Positions 43,522 through 51,040 of a stretch of DNA of 64,000 bases are shown here, one piece after another. The notes below the pieces were generated by a model. That model saw only the letters and a list, made by a program, of their open reading frames with translations, did not search any database and was not told the origin of the DNA. The position numbers were made by a program, and so were the translations under genes. Positions within the stretch are counted from its first letter, which is position 1. Each line of letters begins with the position of its first letter. The stretch is taken from the IMG/VR virus record IMGVR_UViG_2731957818_000004; one strand, given 5' to 3'. Origin of the DNA: a virus. Its lineage: Duplodnaviria; Heunggongvirae; Uroviricota; Caudoviricetes.

Positions 43522-43540
43522 GATAAGTAAGTACTTATAT
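43522..43540. promoter_or_regulatory. Class B palindrome GATAAGTAAGTACTTATAT.
   Basis: Upstream of 43290..43490. Confidence 0.5.
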
Positions 43541-43581
43541 ATTTTCAAGTATAAAAAAGGCGTCCAACGGACGCCTTGTGA

Positions 43582-44658
43582 TTACGCTTCTTCTGTCTCT
43601 GCTGGGGACGACTCTTTCGCTCGCCGTTCGTCTATCGCCTGGAGTGCTGCGATGATTTCCGGGAGTGGCTTCTCGCGGTACATCTCGACGATCTGCGATT
43701 TGGTGTATTTCTTATCGCCAATTTCCACACGCCCGCTGGCGTTCTTGGGCAGGTATCCTTCCTCCAGCATGTACTCAACCAGCGATTCGATGACGTCCAG
43801 CCCGCGAGTCGGGTCGAAGTAGAATTTCCATGAGCATTTGCCAAACGGAGGCGCGACTTTGTTTTTAATGCACTCGGCGCCAACGTCCTGTCCGATCTTC
43901 TCTTTGCCATCCTTCATAACGGATGCGCCCAGACGGATGCGCACCGACGCGTAGAACTTCGGAGAGTCGCCACCTGGAGACGTCGTCGGATCGCCAAACA
44001 TCACGCCAATTTTGGTACGCACCTGGTTCAAGAAGATGATGCACGCGTTGTACTTACGCGCCCAAAGCGCCAGAGTAGGGAAGTTCGCACTCGTCGCGCG
44101 CGCCAGCGCCGTGTTGTCGTTCATGTTCAGCTGATCTTTGTCCTTCGCAGTGCCTTCTGCCATCTTGTCGAACTTCTCAGCCTTCGAGTTCGGAACCATC
44201 GACGCCAGAGAGTCGGCAACGATGCAGATAGGGGCTGTTTCCGGGATAAGCTCTTCGTCGCGCACCAGCTTGAGGATTGTGCCGATCAGCTCGACGGAAT
44301 CTTCGAAGGTATCCGGCTGTTTGTAGACCCACTGACCGTCGTCTTCGTCGGCGTTCAGTCCGTTCGCCACCGCCAGACCAACGTCGAAACTGTTTTCGTG
44401 GTCAAGGAATACGGCCAGACCATCCTGTTTCTGTGCTGACACCATTGCAGCCGTGGCTAAGAACGTTTTTCCTGCACTCGGAGGCCCAAATACCTCAACG
44501 ATGCGCCCACATGGGAAGCCGCCGTCGTAACGTCCGGAAATGGCTTTGTTCAGTGGAGGGAAACCGGAGTCAATCCAGTGGGAGACCTTCTGGATCTCGT
44601 CATTGCTGCCGATTTTATTTTTCAGCGCCAGTGCCAGTGCGGATTTGCCTTTTGCCAT
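43582..44658 (-). CDS. RecA/UvsX-like recombinase.
   Basis: GRIVEVFGPPSAGKTFLATAAM RecA-type Walker A region. 358 aa. Confidence 0.65.
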   Translation of the reverse strand: MAKGKSALALALKNKIGSNDEIQKVSHWIDSGFPPLNKAISGRYDGGFPCGRIVEVFGPPSAGKTFLATAAMVSAQKQDGLAVFLDHENSFDVGLAVANGLNADEDDGQWVYKQPDTFEDSVELIGTILKLVRDEELIPETAPICIVADSLASMVPNSKAEKFDKMAEGTAKDKDQLNMNDNTALARATSANFPTLALWARKYNACIIFLNQVRTKIGVMFGDPTTSPGGDSPKFYASVRIRLGASVMKDGKEKIGQDVGAECIKNKVAPPFGKCSWKFYFDPTRGLDVIESLVEYMLEEGYLPKNASGRVEIGDKKYTKSQIVEMYREKPLPEIIAALQAIDERRAKESSPAETEEA

Positions 44659-44660
44659 GA

Positions 44661-44927
44661 TTAGGCTCCTTTTGATTCGTTGATTCGCTTCGAAGCAGCG
44701 GCTTCGTCAAACTTGATTGCGTCGTGGTTCAGGTGTTTGGCGACGCGAGCGATGATCTTCACGACCTGCTCGCTGACCAGCGCGAACTCACGCTCAGTAG
44801 CAGAAATGCCAGCAGCGCCCAGAATGTTCGGCAGCGCCACCACAGCGTGCTCGCCGTGGCAGAAGACAATCTCTTTAGCCAGCATGGTTGGCGTAGTTGC
44901 CCCGCCATTAATGATGGATTTCAGCAT
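44661..44927 (-). CDS. Hypothetical protein.
   Basis: 88-aa ORF. Confidence 0.35.
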   Translation of the reverse strand: MLKSIINGGATTPTMLAKEIVFCHGEHAVVALPNILGAAGISATEREFALVSEQVVKIIARVAKHLNHDAIKFDEAAASKRINESKGA

Positions 44928-45871
44928 CAGCAGTACCTCTCAAATGGCAGAACAAACACTTCCAGATCTTCCAGAAACGACCGGAAGTTCAGCTCGTAAC
45001 ACATCTGTTCGAAGGCATTCATGTCGCGTGCGCCTTTAATCGACTCGATTTCGCTGGGTGGGAATTTTGTGTCGATAAGGTTCATCAGCATCATGTTGCG
45101 CTTAAAGGCTTCGAGCATCCGGCAGCCCGTCTTCTCGTTGAAGGCATTCTTTGCCAGCTTGTTGAATGCCGTCTTATAGCGACCTTTGTTGATGACAATG
45201 GAGCCGTCGTTAATGCCGCGTACCATTGCGGCCACGCTTCCCCATTCATGAAGCAGCTCTTTCGCGCCACCATCACCAATGCCACCGACGCCTTTGATGT
45301 TGTCCGAGTTATCGCCCTGCAATGCTTTCGCTTCCAGAAACGCTCGTGGCGTTGGCAGACCGGTCAGCTCTGCGAACTGTTCGAAGTTCACCTGCTTGTG
45401 CTTGGCATCTTCACGCAGGCTTACCCAGCTCACATTCTCGCGAACCAGCTGGAGCCAGTCGCCATCGCCAGTCAGCAGGTAGATGTGATCGACGGTCGGC
45501 TGCGGAGCCAGGCGAGAGACCAGCATTCCAGCCAGGTCGTCCGCTTCTGCGTCCTTTGCAATGAGTTGGTTAACGCCCAGCGCGGTCATCATTTTCAAGA
45601 TGTACGGCTTCTGGATGGCAAAGCCTTCTTTCATCTTCTTCATATCCGGGTCGTCATCGCGATTCGCTTTGTACTCCGGGTAGAAGTCGCGACGTTTGTC
45701 GCTGAATCCATCCCACAAGATCATTGGGCGGGCATGGAGAATTGAGGCGTAACGACGAACGTTCTTCACGAAGCCAAAAGCCGCCTGAACTTCCATCTCG
45801 CCGTTGTGTAATTTGTCGGATTGCTGGTGGTAATAGCCCAGGCTGTTACCGTCCACAAAGAGATAATTCAC
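44927..45871 (-). CDS. 5'-3' exonuclease / flap endonuclease (FEN family, T4 RNase H / Pol I N-domain-like). Start moved to the GTG at 45871.
   Basis: LFVDGNSLGYY, EADDLAG, LTGDGDW, GVGGIG helix-hairpin-helix. GGAAGGAG RBS 7 nt before the GTG. The track N-terminus runs through a terminator hairpin. Confidence 0.7.
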   Translation of the reverse strand: MNYLFVDGNSLGYYHQQSDKLHNGEMEVQAAFGFVKNVRRYASILHARPMILWDGFSDKRRDFYPEYKANRDDDPDMKKMKEGFAIQKPYILKMMTALGVNQLIAKDAEADDLAGMLVSRLAPQPTVDHIYLLTGDGDWLQLVRENVSWVSLREDAKHKQVNFEQFAELTGLPTPRAFLEAKALQGDNSDNIKGVGGIGDGGAKELLHEWGSVAAMVRGINDGSIVINKGRYKTAFNKLAKNAFNEKTGCRMLEAFKRNMMLMNLIDTKFPPSEIESIKGARDMNAFEQMCYELNFRSFLEDLEVFVLPFERYC

Positions 45872-45887
45872 CGGTACACTCCTTCCA

Positions 45888-45917
45888 AAAAGTAAGGCGT
45901 CCGTAGACGCCTTACTG
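45888..45917 (-). terminator. Intrinsic terminator after the gp32-like gene.
   Basis: AAGGCGTC-CGTA-GACGCCTT followed by a T-run on the minus strand. Confidence 0.55.
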
Positions 45918-45931
45918 GTCACGTTATGGGA

Positions 45932-46960
45932 TTACAGAGCGTCCAGTTCAGCCAGCAGGTCGTCGAGACCTTCGTCAGCTGGTGCAGATGCAGCGGCAGC
46001 AGATGCTGAAGCACTTGCAGATGCGGCGGCTTCCGGAGCTTTAACTTCTTCCGGTTTAGTTTCTGGCTTGAACTCAGCTTCAGCGGCACGCAGGATCTCT
46101 TCATCAACCAGGCTGGTGGACTCTGGAGCCGGAGTGTGTGCTGTAGCGACAGCAGCTGCACCTTCCGTATGACCAGTGATAGAGCCAAAGCCTGGCAGTT
46201 CAGCAGCAGCTGATTTTGCAGCGGAAGAAATGGCCGGAGAGGACATTGTTGCTGCCGGAGCCGCGATACCAATCAGACGACCCATAGTGCGAGCCGTAGA
46301 CAGCAGACGGGTTTCGTCAGCCTGGTTCGCGTATGCGATCAGATCGTGTTGGGTAGTCCAGAGCTTCTCAGGAACGTCGCCTTTGTAGACTTTACGTTTC
46401 GGGGATACGTCGTACTTGGTGTCACGACCGGAACCGGTACGCTTAATCAGGAACGCATAGCCTTCTTCTTTGCTCAGTGGGTTGCCGATATCATCCGCAA
46501 TATCTTCGGACATCACTTTGCAGATATCGTCGAAGACCGTAGACGGCAGCTCAATCAGCTGGCATTTCTCTGCGTCCGCAAAGTCTTCGCGCGCAGACAG
46601 AACACCGTTGACCAGATAACGCGGTGTAGCACGCATACTGTTAATGCGCTCTTCCATCGCTTTGTTGCCCTTAAAGCGAGCACGACCTTCCATAACCATC
46701 TCACACAGCTGGCAAGCGTGGCCGTGGGTGTGCTGTTCGCAGATGTAGGCGGTGGTTACATCTTTGCCTTCCTCATTCTGATGCTTAACGTAGTGCATAC
46801 CGAAAGTCTGGAAGAACACGCCATTCGGGTCGTCCTTGTTCGGAAAAATGCGCAGATAGTTATTGCCGTCTTTCAGACGGGTCAAATCAACGTTATTGCC
46901 ACGTTTAGAAGCAATATCGCCACGGGTCTTGTTAAGCAGATCAAGTAATGACTTAGACAT
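45932..46960 (-). CDS. T4 gp32-like single-stranded DNA-binding protein with a Zn-binding module and an acidic C-terminus.
   Basis: YLRIFPNKDDPNG..F...G.HY....YICEQHTHGHACQLCE resembles the gp32 Zn site. C-terminal ADEGLDDLLAELDAL. Confidence 0.6.
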   Translation of the reverse strand: MSKSLLDLLNKTRGDIASKRGNNVDLTRLKDGNNYLRIFPNKDDPNGVFFQTFGMHYVKHQNEEGKDVTTAYICEQHTHGHACQLCEMVMEGRARFKGNKAMEERINSMRATPRYLVNGVLSAREDFADAEKCQLIELPSTVFDDICKVMSEDIADDIGNPLSKEEGYAFLIKRTGSGRDTKYDVSPKRKVYKGDVPEKLWTTQHDLIAYANQADETRLLSTARTMGRLIGIAAPAATMSSPAISSAAKSAAAELPGFGSITGHTEGAAAVATAHTPAPESTSLVDEEILRAAEAEFKPETKPEEVKAPEAAASASASASAAAASAPADEGLDDLLAELDAL

Positions 46961-47049
46961 GTATTTCTCCTTGTTGTGATTGTGGCCATTGGCGCTATGC
47001 GCGTTGGGCGTTCGTTTATTCGTGGCTCTTTCGAGCGAGAAGAATAATA

Positions 47050-47070
47050 GATCAGTACTTACTTACGATC
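47050..47070. promoter_or_regulatory. Class B-like GATCAGTACTTACTTACGATC.
   Basis: Upstream of the gp32-like gene. Confidence 0.45.
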
Positions 47071-47079
47071 TAGTATAAA

Positions 47080-47511
47080 TTAACGGGGAGAGTGGAAACG
47101 TTCGGCGCCCAAACGTTCAATCTCCACGATAGCCATTTTGGACGCCTGGACAATCATGTCGCGGCGGTGAGAGAAGGCGGCTACAGCGTGCTTGTACAGA
47201 TCCGCAATGTGCCGGGCATCGTCGAGTTTCTGGCGCTTTGCGAGGTATTGCGGGTTGGTTCTTACCTTCGCCTCCAGTACGGATTCATTGAACTTAATGC
47301 CGTTCATACTCAGGTTCTTACGCTCATTGTCGTAGATTTTCGCCTCAATCGCATCGAGGGAGAGTTTTGCATCTGCGACCTCGCGTTCTGCCCGCGCCAG
47401 CTTAGAGCCGTATTCCATCAACAGGCGCGGTTGCTGACGCCAGACGTCCTCAAGATTGTCGCGGTCGAACTCCAGATCGGACATGATTTTTTCGTAGATA
47501 TCTGCACTCAT
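47080..47511 (-). CDS. Hypothetical helical protein; a possible UvsY-like recombination mediator is speculative.
   Basis: 143 aa next to the gp32-like and RecA-like genes. Coiled-coil character only. Confidence 0.3.
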   Translation of the reverse strand: MSADIYEKIMSDLEFDRDNLEDVWRQQPRLLMEYGSKLARAEREVADAKLSLDAIEAKIYDNERKNLSMNGIKFNESVLEAKVRTNPQYLAKRQKLDDARHIADLYKHAVAAFSHRRDMIVQASKMAIVEIERLGAERFHSPR

Positions 47512-47731
47512 TTTGATAGGTTCCAGCTTATTTCTTTATATCAATTTTATCATGAAAGAAATGAAGGATGGAGCTTATAGAAGGAAGAAGTTAGGGGGCA
47601 GGGTAGGTAAGTTGATGAAAACAGGGAGTGTTCTGATAATCTATAGCCGTTTTCTGCGGCCGTAGACGTCAGAAAATAGACAGTGTTGACACGCGCTCAC
47701 ACTATACCTATCATAATGACATCGGAGGAAA

Positions 47732-47983
47732 ATGAAATCACATCCGAATAAGCATATTCAAGAGGCCATTGAATACGCGTTGAGTAAAGGCTGGGTTTGG
47801 GTTCCAGCAGGTAAGTCAGCACATTGCTTCTGCAAGCTGCGCTGCGGCGATAAATCAGGTGAACATACAAGTCACCACAGAAGTGTATGGTCGACTCCAG
47901 ATGTACCGGAGCACCATGCCACGCAAATCAGGCAAGCGGTCGACCAGTGTGGCCGTATCAAAAGCCAGATGAGCAAAAAATAG
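47732..47983 (+). CDS. HicA-like mRNA interferase toxin candidate.
   Basis: LSKGWVWVPAGKSAH...HRSV resembles the HicA GW...GSHH core. Upstream of a HicB-like ORF. Confidence 0.35.
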   Translation: MKSHPNKHIQEAIEYALSKGWVWVPAGKSAHCFCKLRCGDKSGEHTSHHRSVWSTPDVPEHHATQIRQAVDQCGRIKSQMSKK

Positions 47984-48055
47984 TAGTTAGTGGCGGTTTT
48001 GGCCGCCATTTGTTCCAAAGGTACATTAATACTTCACTTTAGATAAAGAGGTTTT

Positions 48056-48619
48056 ATGGCGCTTTATAACTTCACTCTGACTCTCTCAGGCGTAACCTAT
48101 GAGACCGAAGGATTGGAAGATGCGCTGTACGAAAGCGGCTGTGGCGATGCGATTGTTTGCGCATATGGAAACTCCGTCTATGTTGAGTTCGACCGCGAAG
48201 CCGAATCGCTGGATGCAGCCATTGCATCAGCGGTCGACAATATCGAATCTGCCGGTATCGGCGCGATTGTAGAATCAGTCGACTCGGCCTTAGTTGGCCT
48301 GAGCGATGTAGCTGAAATGACGGGCATGTCTCGACAAGCAATTACCATGCTTAAAGATGGGCTTCGTGGTGGTGGCGACTTCCCTTGCCCTATCCAGAGA
48401 ATCCAGGGACAGTCCCCGCTGTGGGATTGGGCTGATGTGGCGAACTGGCTTGAAGCCAATGGACGCCTTAAAGAAAACGCAGAGCTGGCACACAATGCTC
48501 GCGTATTAAGTAAGTGGAATTTGGCCCTTCGCAATAGCGTCTCAAAAGACTTTGTTGAGATTGAACATATCGCTTCTTCACTTATCGAACGTCGACGTCA
48601 TCACGCCGAATGCGCATGA
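48056..48619 (+). CDS. HicB-like antitoxin candidate: N-terminal HicB-fold-like region plus a C-terminal HTH.
   Basis: LVGLSDVAEMTGMSRQAITMLKDG HTH segment and toxin-then-antitoxin order as in hicAB. Confidence 0.3.
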   Translation: MALYNFTLTLSGVTYETEGLEDALYESGCGDAIVCAYGNSVYVEFDREAESLDAAIASAVDNIESAGIGAIVESVDSALVGLSDVAEMTGMSRQAITMLKDGLRGGGDFPCPIQRIQGQSPLWDWADVANWLEANGRLKENAELAHNARVLSKWNLALRNSVSKDFVEIEHIASSLIERRRHHAECA

Positions 48620-48648
48620 AAAAACCCGCCGATTGGCGGGTTTTTGCT

Positions 48649-49092
48649 TTATGCGACTTTCTTACCAAAAATGTTGGATAGTGTGACTCTGGTCTGGCGT
48701 TTCAACCTGTACTGTCTCACATCACCAATCTTGTTCACTTCCATAAACTCTTTGGCCACCTTCAGCACCAGCCGATTGCGGAACACTTTGAACGCCTCCA
48801 GCTGTTCCTCTGGGTTATCCGATTCGTAAATCTCCAGCAGATACTGGCACGCCTTCGGATCTTGCGTTTTAAGCGCCAGCGCTCTGGCACATTTACGCAG
48901 ACGACTGACTTTATCGGCACCATCCAGCCCGGCGAACGCCAGCGCCAGATCTAACGTGACCGGGCAGTCGATGATTTCCCAGAACTGCGACCGCATGGTG
49001 GCCGCAACAGCTTTATCCTGAAAATCCGCTGGGATAGCCGCCAGCGCTTGTGCAATCTTCTGTGCCTCGTTCATGGTGTTCTCTTTATTCAT
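48649..49092 (-). CDS. Hypothetical protein.
   Basis: 147-aa ORF with an ATGA overlap with the dnaE C-part. Confidence 0.45.
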   Translation of the reverse strand: MNKENTMNEAQKIAQALAAIPADFQDKAVAATMRSQFWEIIDCPVTLDLALAFAGLDGADKVSRLRKCARALALKTQDPKACQYLLEIYESDNPEEQLEAFKVFRNRLVLKVAKEFMEVNKIGDVRQYRLKRQTRVTLSNIFGKKVA

Positions 49093-50258
49093 TTGCTAAT
49101 AGTCTCCGCTACCTCTGCCAGAATTGCTTCCAGCTTTTCGCCTTCTTCTGGGCGAAAGTACAAAATGTTTGGGTTAAATCCGTAGAAAACGGTCACATCC
49201 AGCTCCGGCAGATACTCTTTGCGTCCAACCAGGTCGGATGGTTTGTTCTTGTTGTTGAAGAGTGACGTCGCCCGACTGCCACACGTCAGCACATAGGTCG
49301 GACGCACCAGATTGATCTCTTCACGCATAAAGTCGGTGAACTGGCCGATCTCGTCTTTGGTGTAGTCCTTCTCTTTGTCCTTCACCTTTTTGCACACGCC
49401 GGTGACGTAGAGATCGCCCATGCGCAGATCGCCTGCAGTAAGCAACTTCGCTTTAAAGTCGTCGTAGCCGTTCTCCATGAAGTAACCGGTACGCCCATCA
49501 TTGCCGTTCGCGTTGTCCAGAATGACCATGATTTTCGGCTTAATGCCAATGCTTGGGCGGATCAGGTCGTCTCCCAGACCCATTTCAGCCGCCATGCGAG
49601 TCATCAGTACATTCACTTCAGCAGAGCGCTTAGGGTTCATCTCGAACGGTCGAGAGGCTTTTACAGCGTCGATCACCAGATTGCCCATCAACTCTGCCTG
49701 GTCGCGCAGTCGTTCCGGATCTGTCGCTGGCAGACTGCCAGGCTCAATCGATGCGAACGCACCTACTTTTTGCAGTGACTCGCGTACCCGGCTGTTACAC
49801 GCACGCTTCTCGACCGCTTCCTCAAATTGCTCAAGTGACTCGAATTTGCCGCCAACTTTCTCACGCGCTCTCATGATGGCCTGGCAACCATTCTCAGAGC
49901 AGCCTTTTACAGCAGAGAATGGCGCATACAGAACCTGGCTGCCGTCTTCCAGCGTGCGGATCTCAATGCGATTAGACGATATGTTCACATCTGGTGGCAG
50001 TACGCGAATGCCATAGGTCAGCGCATCCTTCACAAGCCCCTGATGTTTGTCCTCGCCCAGAATGGTGAGCGCAGCAGCAAAAAACTCAGCCGGGTAGTGC
50101 GTTTTTAGCCACATGGACTGATAGCTGATTAAAGAATAAGCAACAGAGTGCGATTTGTTGAAGGCATACGCGCCGGATTTCTCAAACATATTCCAGATTT
50201 CTTCGGCTCGTTCGTGCGTCAGGCCATTGCTCTCTTCAACAACACCGATAATTTTCAT
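49089..50258 (-). CDS. dnaE: DNA polymerase III alpha (DnaE)-like, C-terminal fragment.
   Basis: AFNKSHSVAYSLISYQSMWLKTHYPAEFFAA, the DnaE fingers motif GFNKSHSAAYAL..YQT.WLKAHYPAEF. The ATG overlaps the HNH ORF stop as ATGA. Confidence 0.8.
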   Translation of the reverse strand: MKIIGVVEESNGLTHERAEEIWNMFEKSGAYAFNKSHSVAYSLISYQSMWLKTHYPAEFFAAALTILGEDKHQGLVKDALTYGIRVLPPDVNISSNRIEIRTLEDGSQVLYAPFSAVKGCSENGCQAIMRAREKVGGKFESLEQFEEAVEKRACNSRVRESLQKVGAFASIEPGSLPATDPERLRDQAELMGNLVIDAVKASRPFEMNPKRSAEVNVLMTRMAAEMGLGDDLIRPSIGIKPKIMVILDNANGNDGRTGYFMENGYDDFKAKLLTAGDLRMGDLYVTGVCKKVKDKEKDYTKDEIGQFTDFMREEINLVRPTYVLTCGSRATSLFNNKNKPSDLVGRKEYLPELDVTVFYGFNPNILYFRPEEGEKLEAILAEVAETISK

Positions 50259-50989
50259 GCAGTCACCTCATCAATCTTCATGAACTTATACCCATTGGAC
50301 ACCAGCCAGTCCCGTTGGCGCACCCAGCTCCATACCTCTTCATGCATTTCGCTATGCAGACGAATGTGAGCGTCTTCTGGAAGTGCCACCAGATTCCCAG
50401 GGACGTTATCTAGCGTGTCGCGGTTAATGTGGTGGACATGTTCATCGTCACGTAGCTCCCGACCGAGATGTTCTTTCGCTATCAACCGATGAACGTATTC
50501 GTATTGCGAAACGCCATTGTTACCAACCAGCTGCATCATGTAGCCGTTGGTTTTTATGATGACGCCACCTTTGTAGTTGTTCGCTTCTTCTCCGGTCTTT
50601 CCGCGTTTGGCAGCAGCCAGCTTTTCCTTCGTCTCCAGGCGGATTGTTCTGCCGGTCAGCTTTTTCGAAACGGTGGCCACTCGCTCATCGGTATCGGCAC
50701 GCAGCCCTGCATTCCACGAGGTTTTCCCATACATAGGGTTGCCAGCGCCAGTCCGGGCTTCGGAGAGTCGCTTTATGCGTTCGTCATTATTTTTGTTTTT
50801 GCCACGATTCCAGGCTGGGGTAGCGGAGATCCGCGCGTTTCCGCGCCTGATCCCCCATTTGGCTAATAAGCGATCAATGTTTGCCTTGCTGCAACCAGCT
50901 TCGGCGGCAATGTCTTCTTTTCTCATCAGGTCAACCATGTAACGCTGACGTAACCATTCTTCTGTGATTTTGTACTTCGTACCCGGCAT
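50255..50989 (-). CDS. HNH homing endonuclease inserted within dnaE.
   Basis: C-terminal EHVHHINRD...N HNH motif and N-terminal NUMOD-like helix-turn-helix repeats. Its own class A promoter lies at 51004-51040. Confidence 0.7.
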   Translation of the reverse strand: MPGTKYKITEEWLRQRYMVDLMRKEDIAAEAGCSKANIDRLLAKWGIRRGNARISATPAWNRGKNKNNDERIKRLSEARTGAGNPMYGKTSWNAGLRADTDERVATVSKKLTGRTIRLETKEKLAAAKRGKTGEEANNYKGGVIIKTNGYMMQLVGNNGVSQYEYVHRLIAKEHLGRELRDDEHVHHINRDTLDNVPGNLVALPEDAHIRLHSEMHEEVWSWVRQRDWLVSNGYKFMKIDEVTA

Positions 50990-51003
50990 TTCTAAGACTC
51001 ACT

Positions 51004-51040
51004 AAACAAATTGTTTTCTTATCCTATAAATTAATTATCA
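51004..51040 (-). promoter_or_regulatory. Class A promoter for the HNH endonuclease. Its -10 GATAAT overlaps the stop codon of the dnaE N-fragment.
   Basis: gataattaatttataggataagaaaacaatttgttt on the minus strand. Confidence 0.55.
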
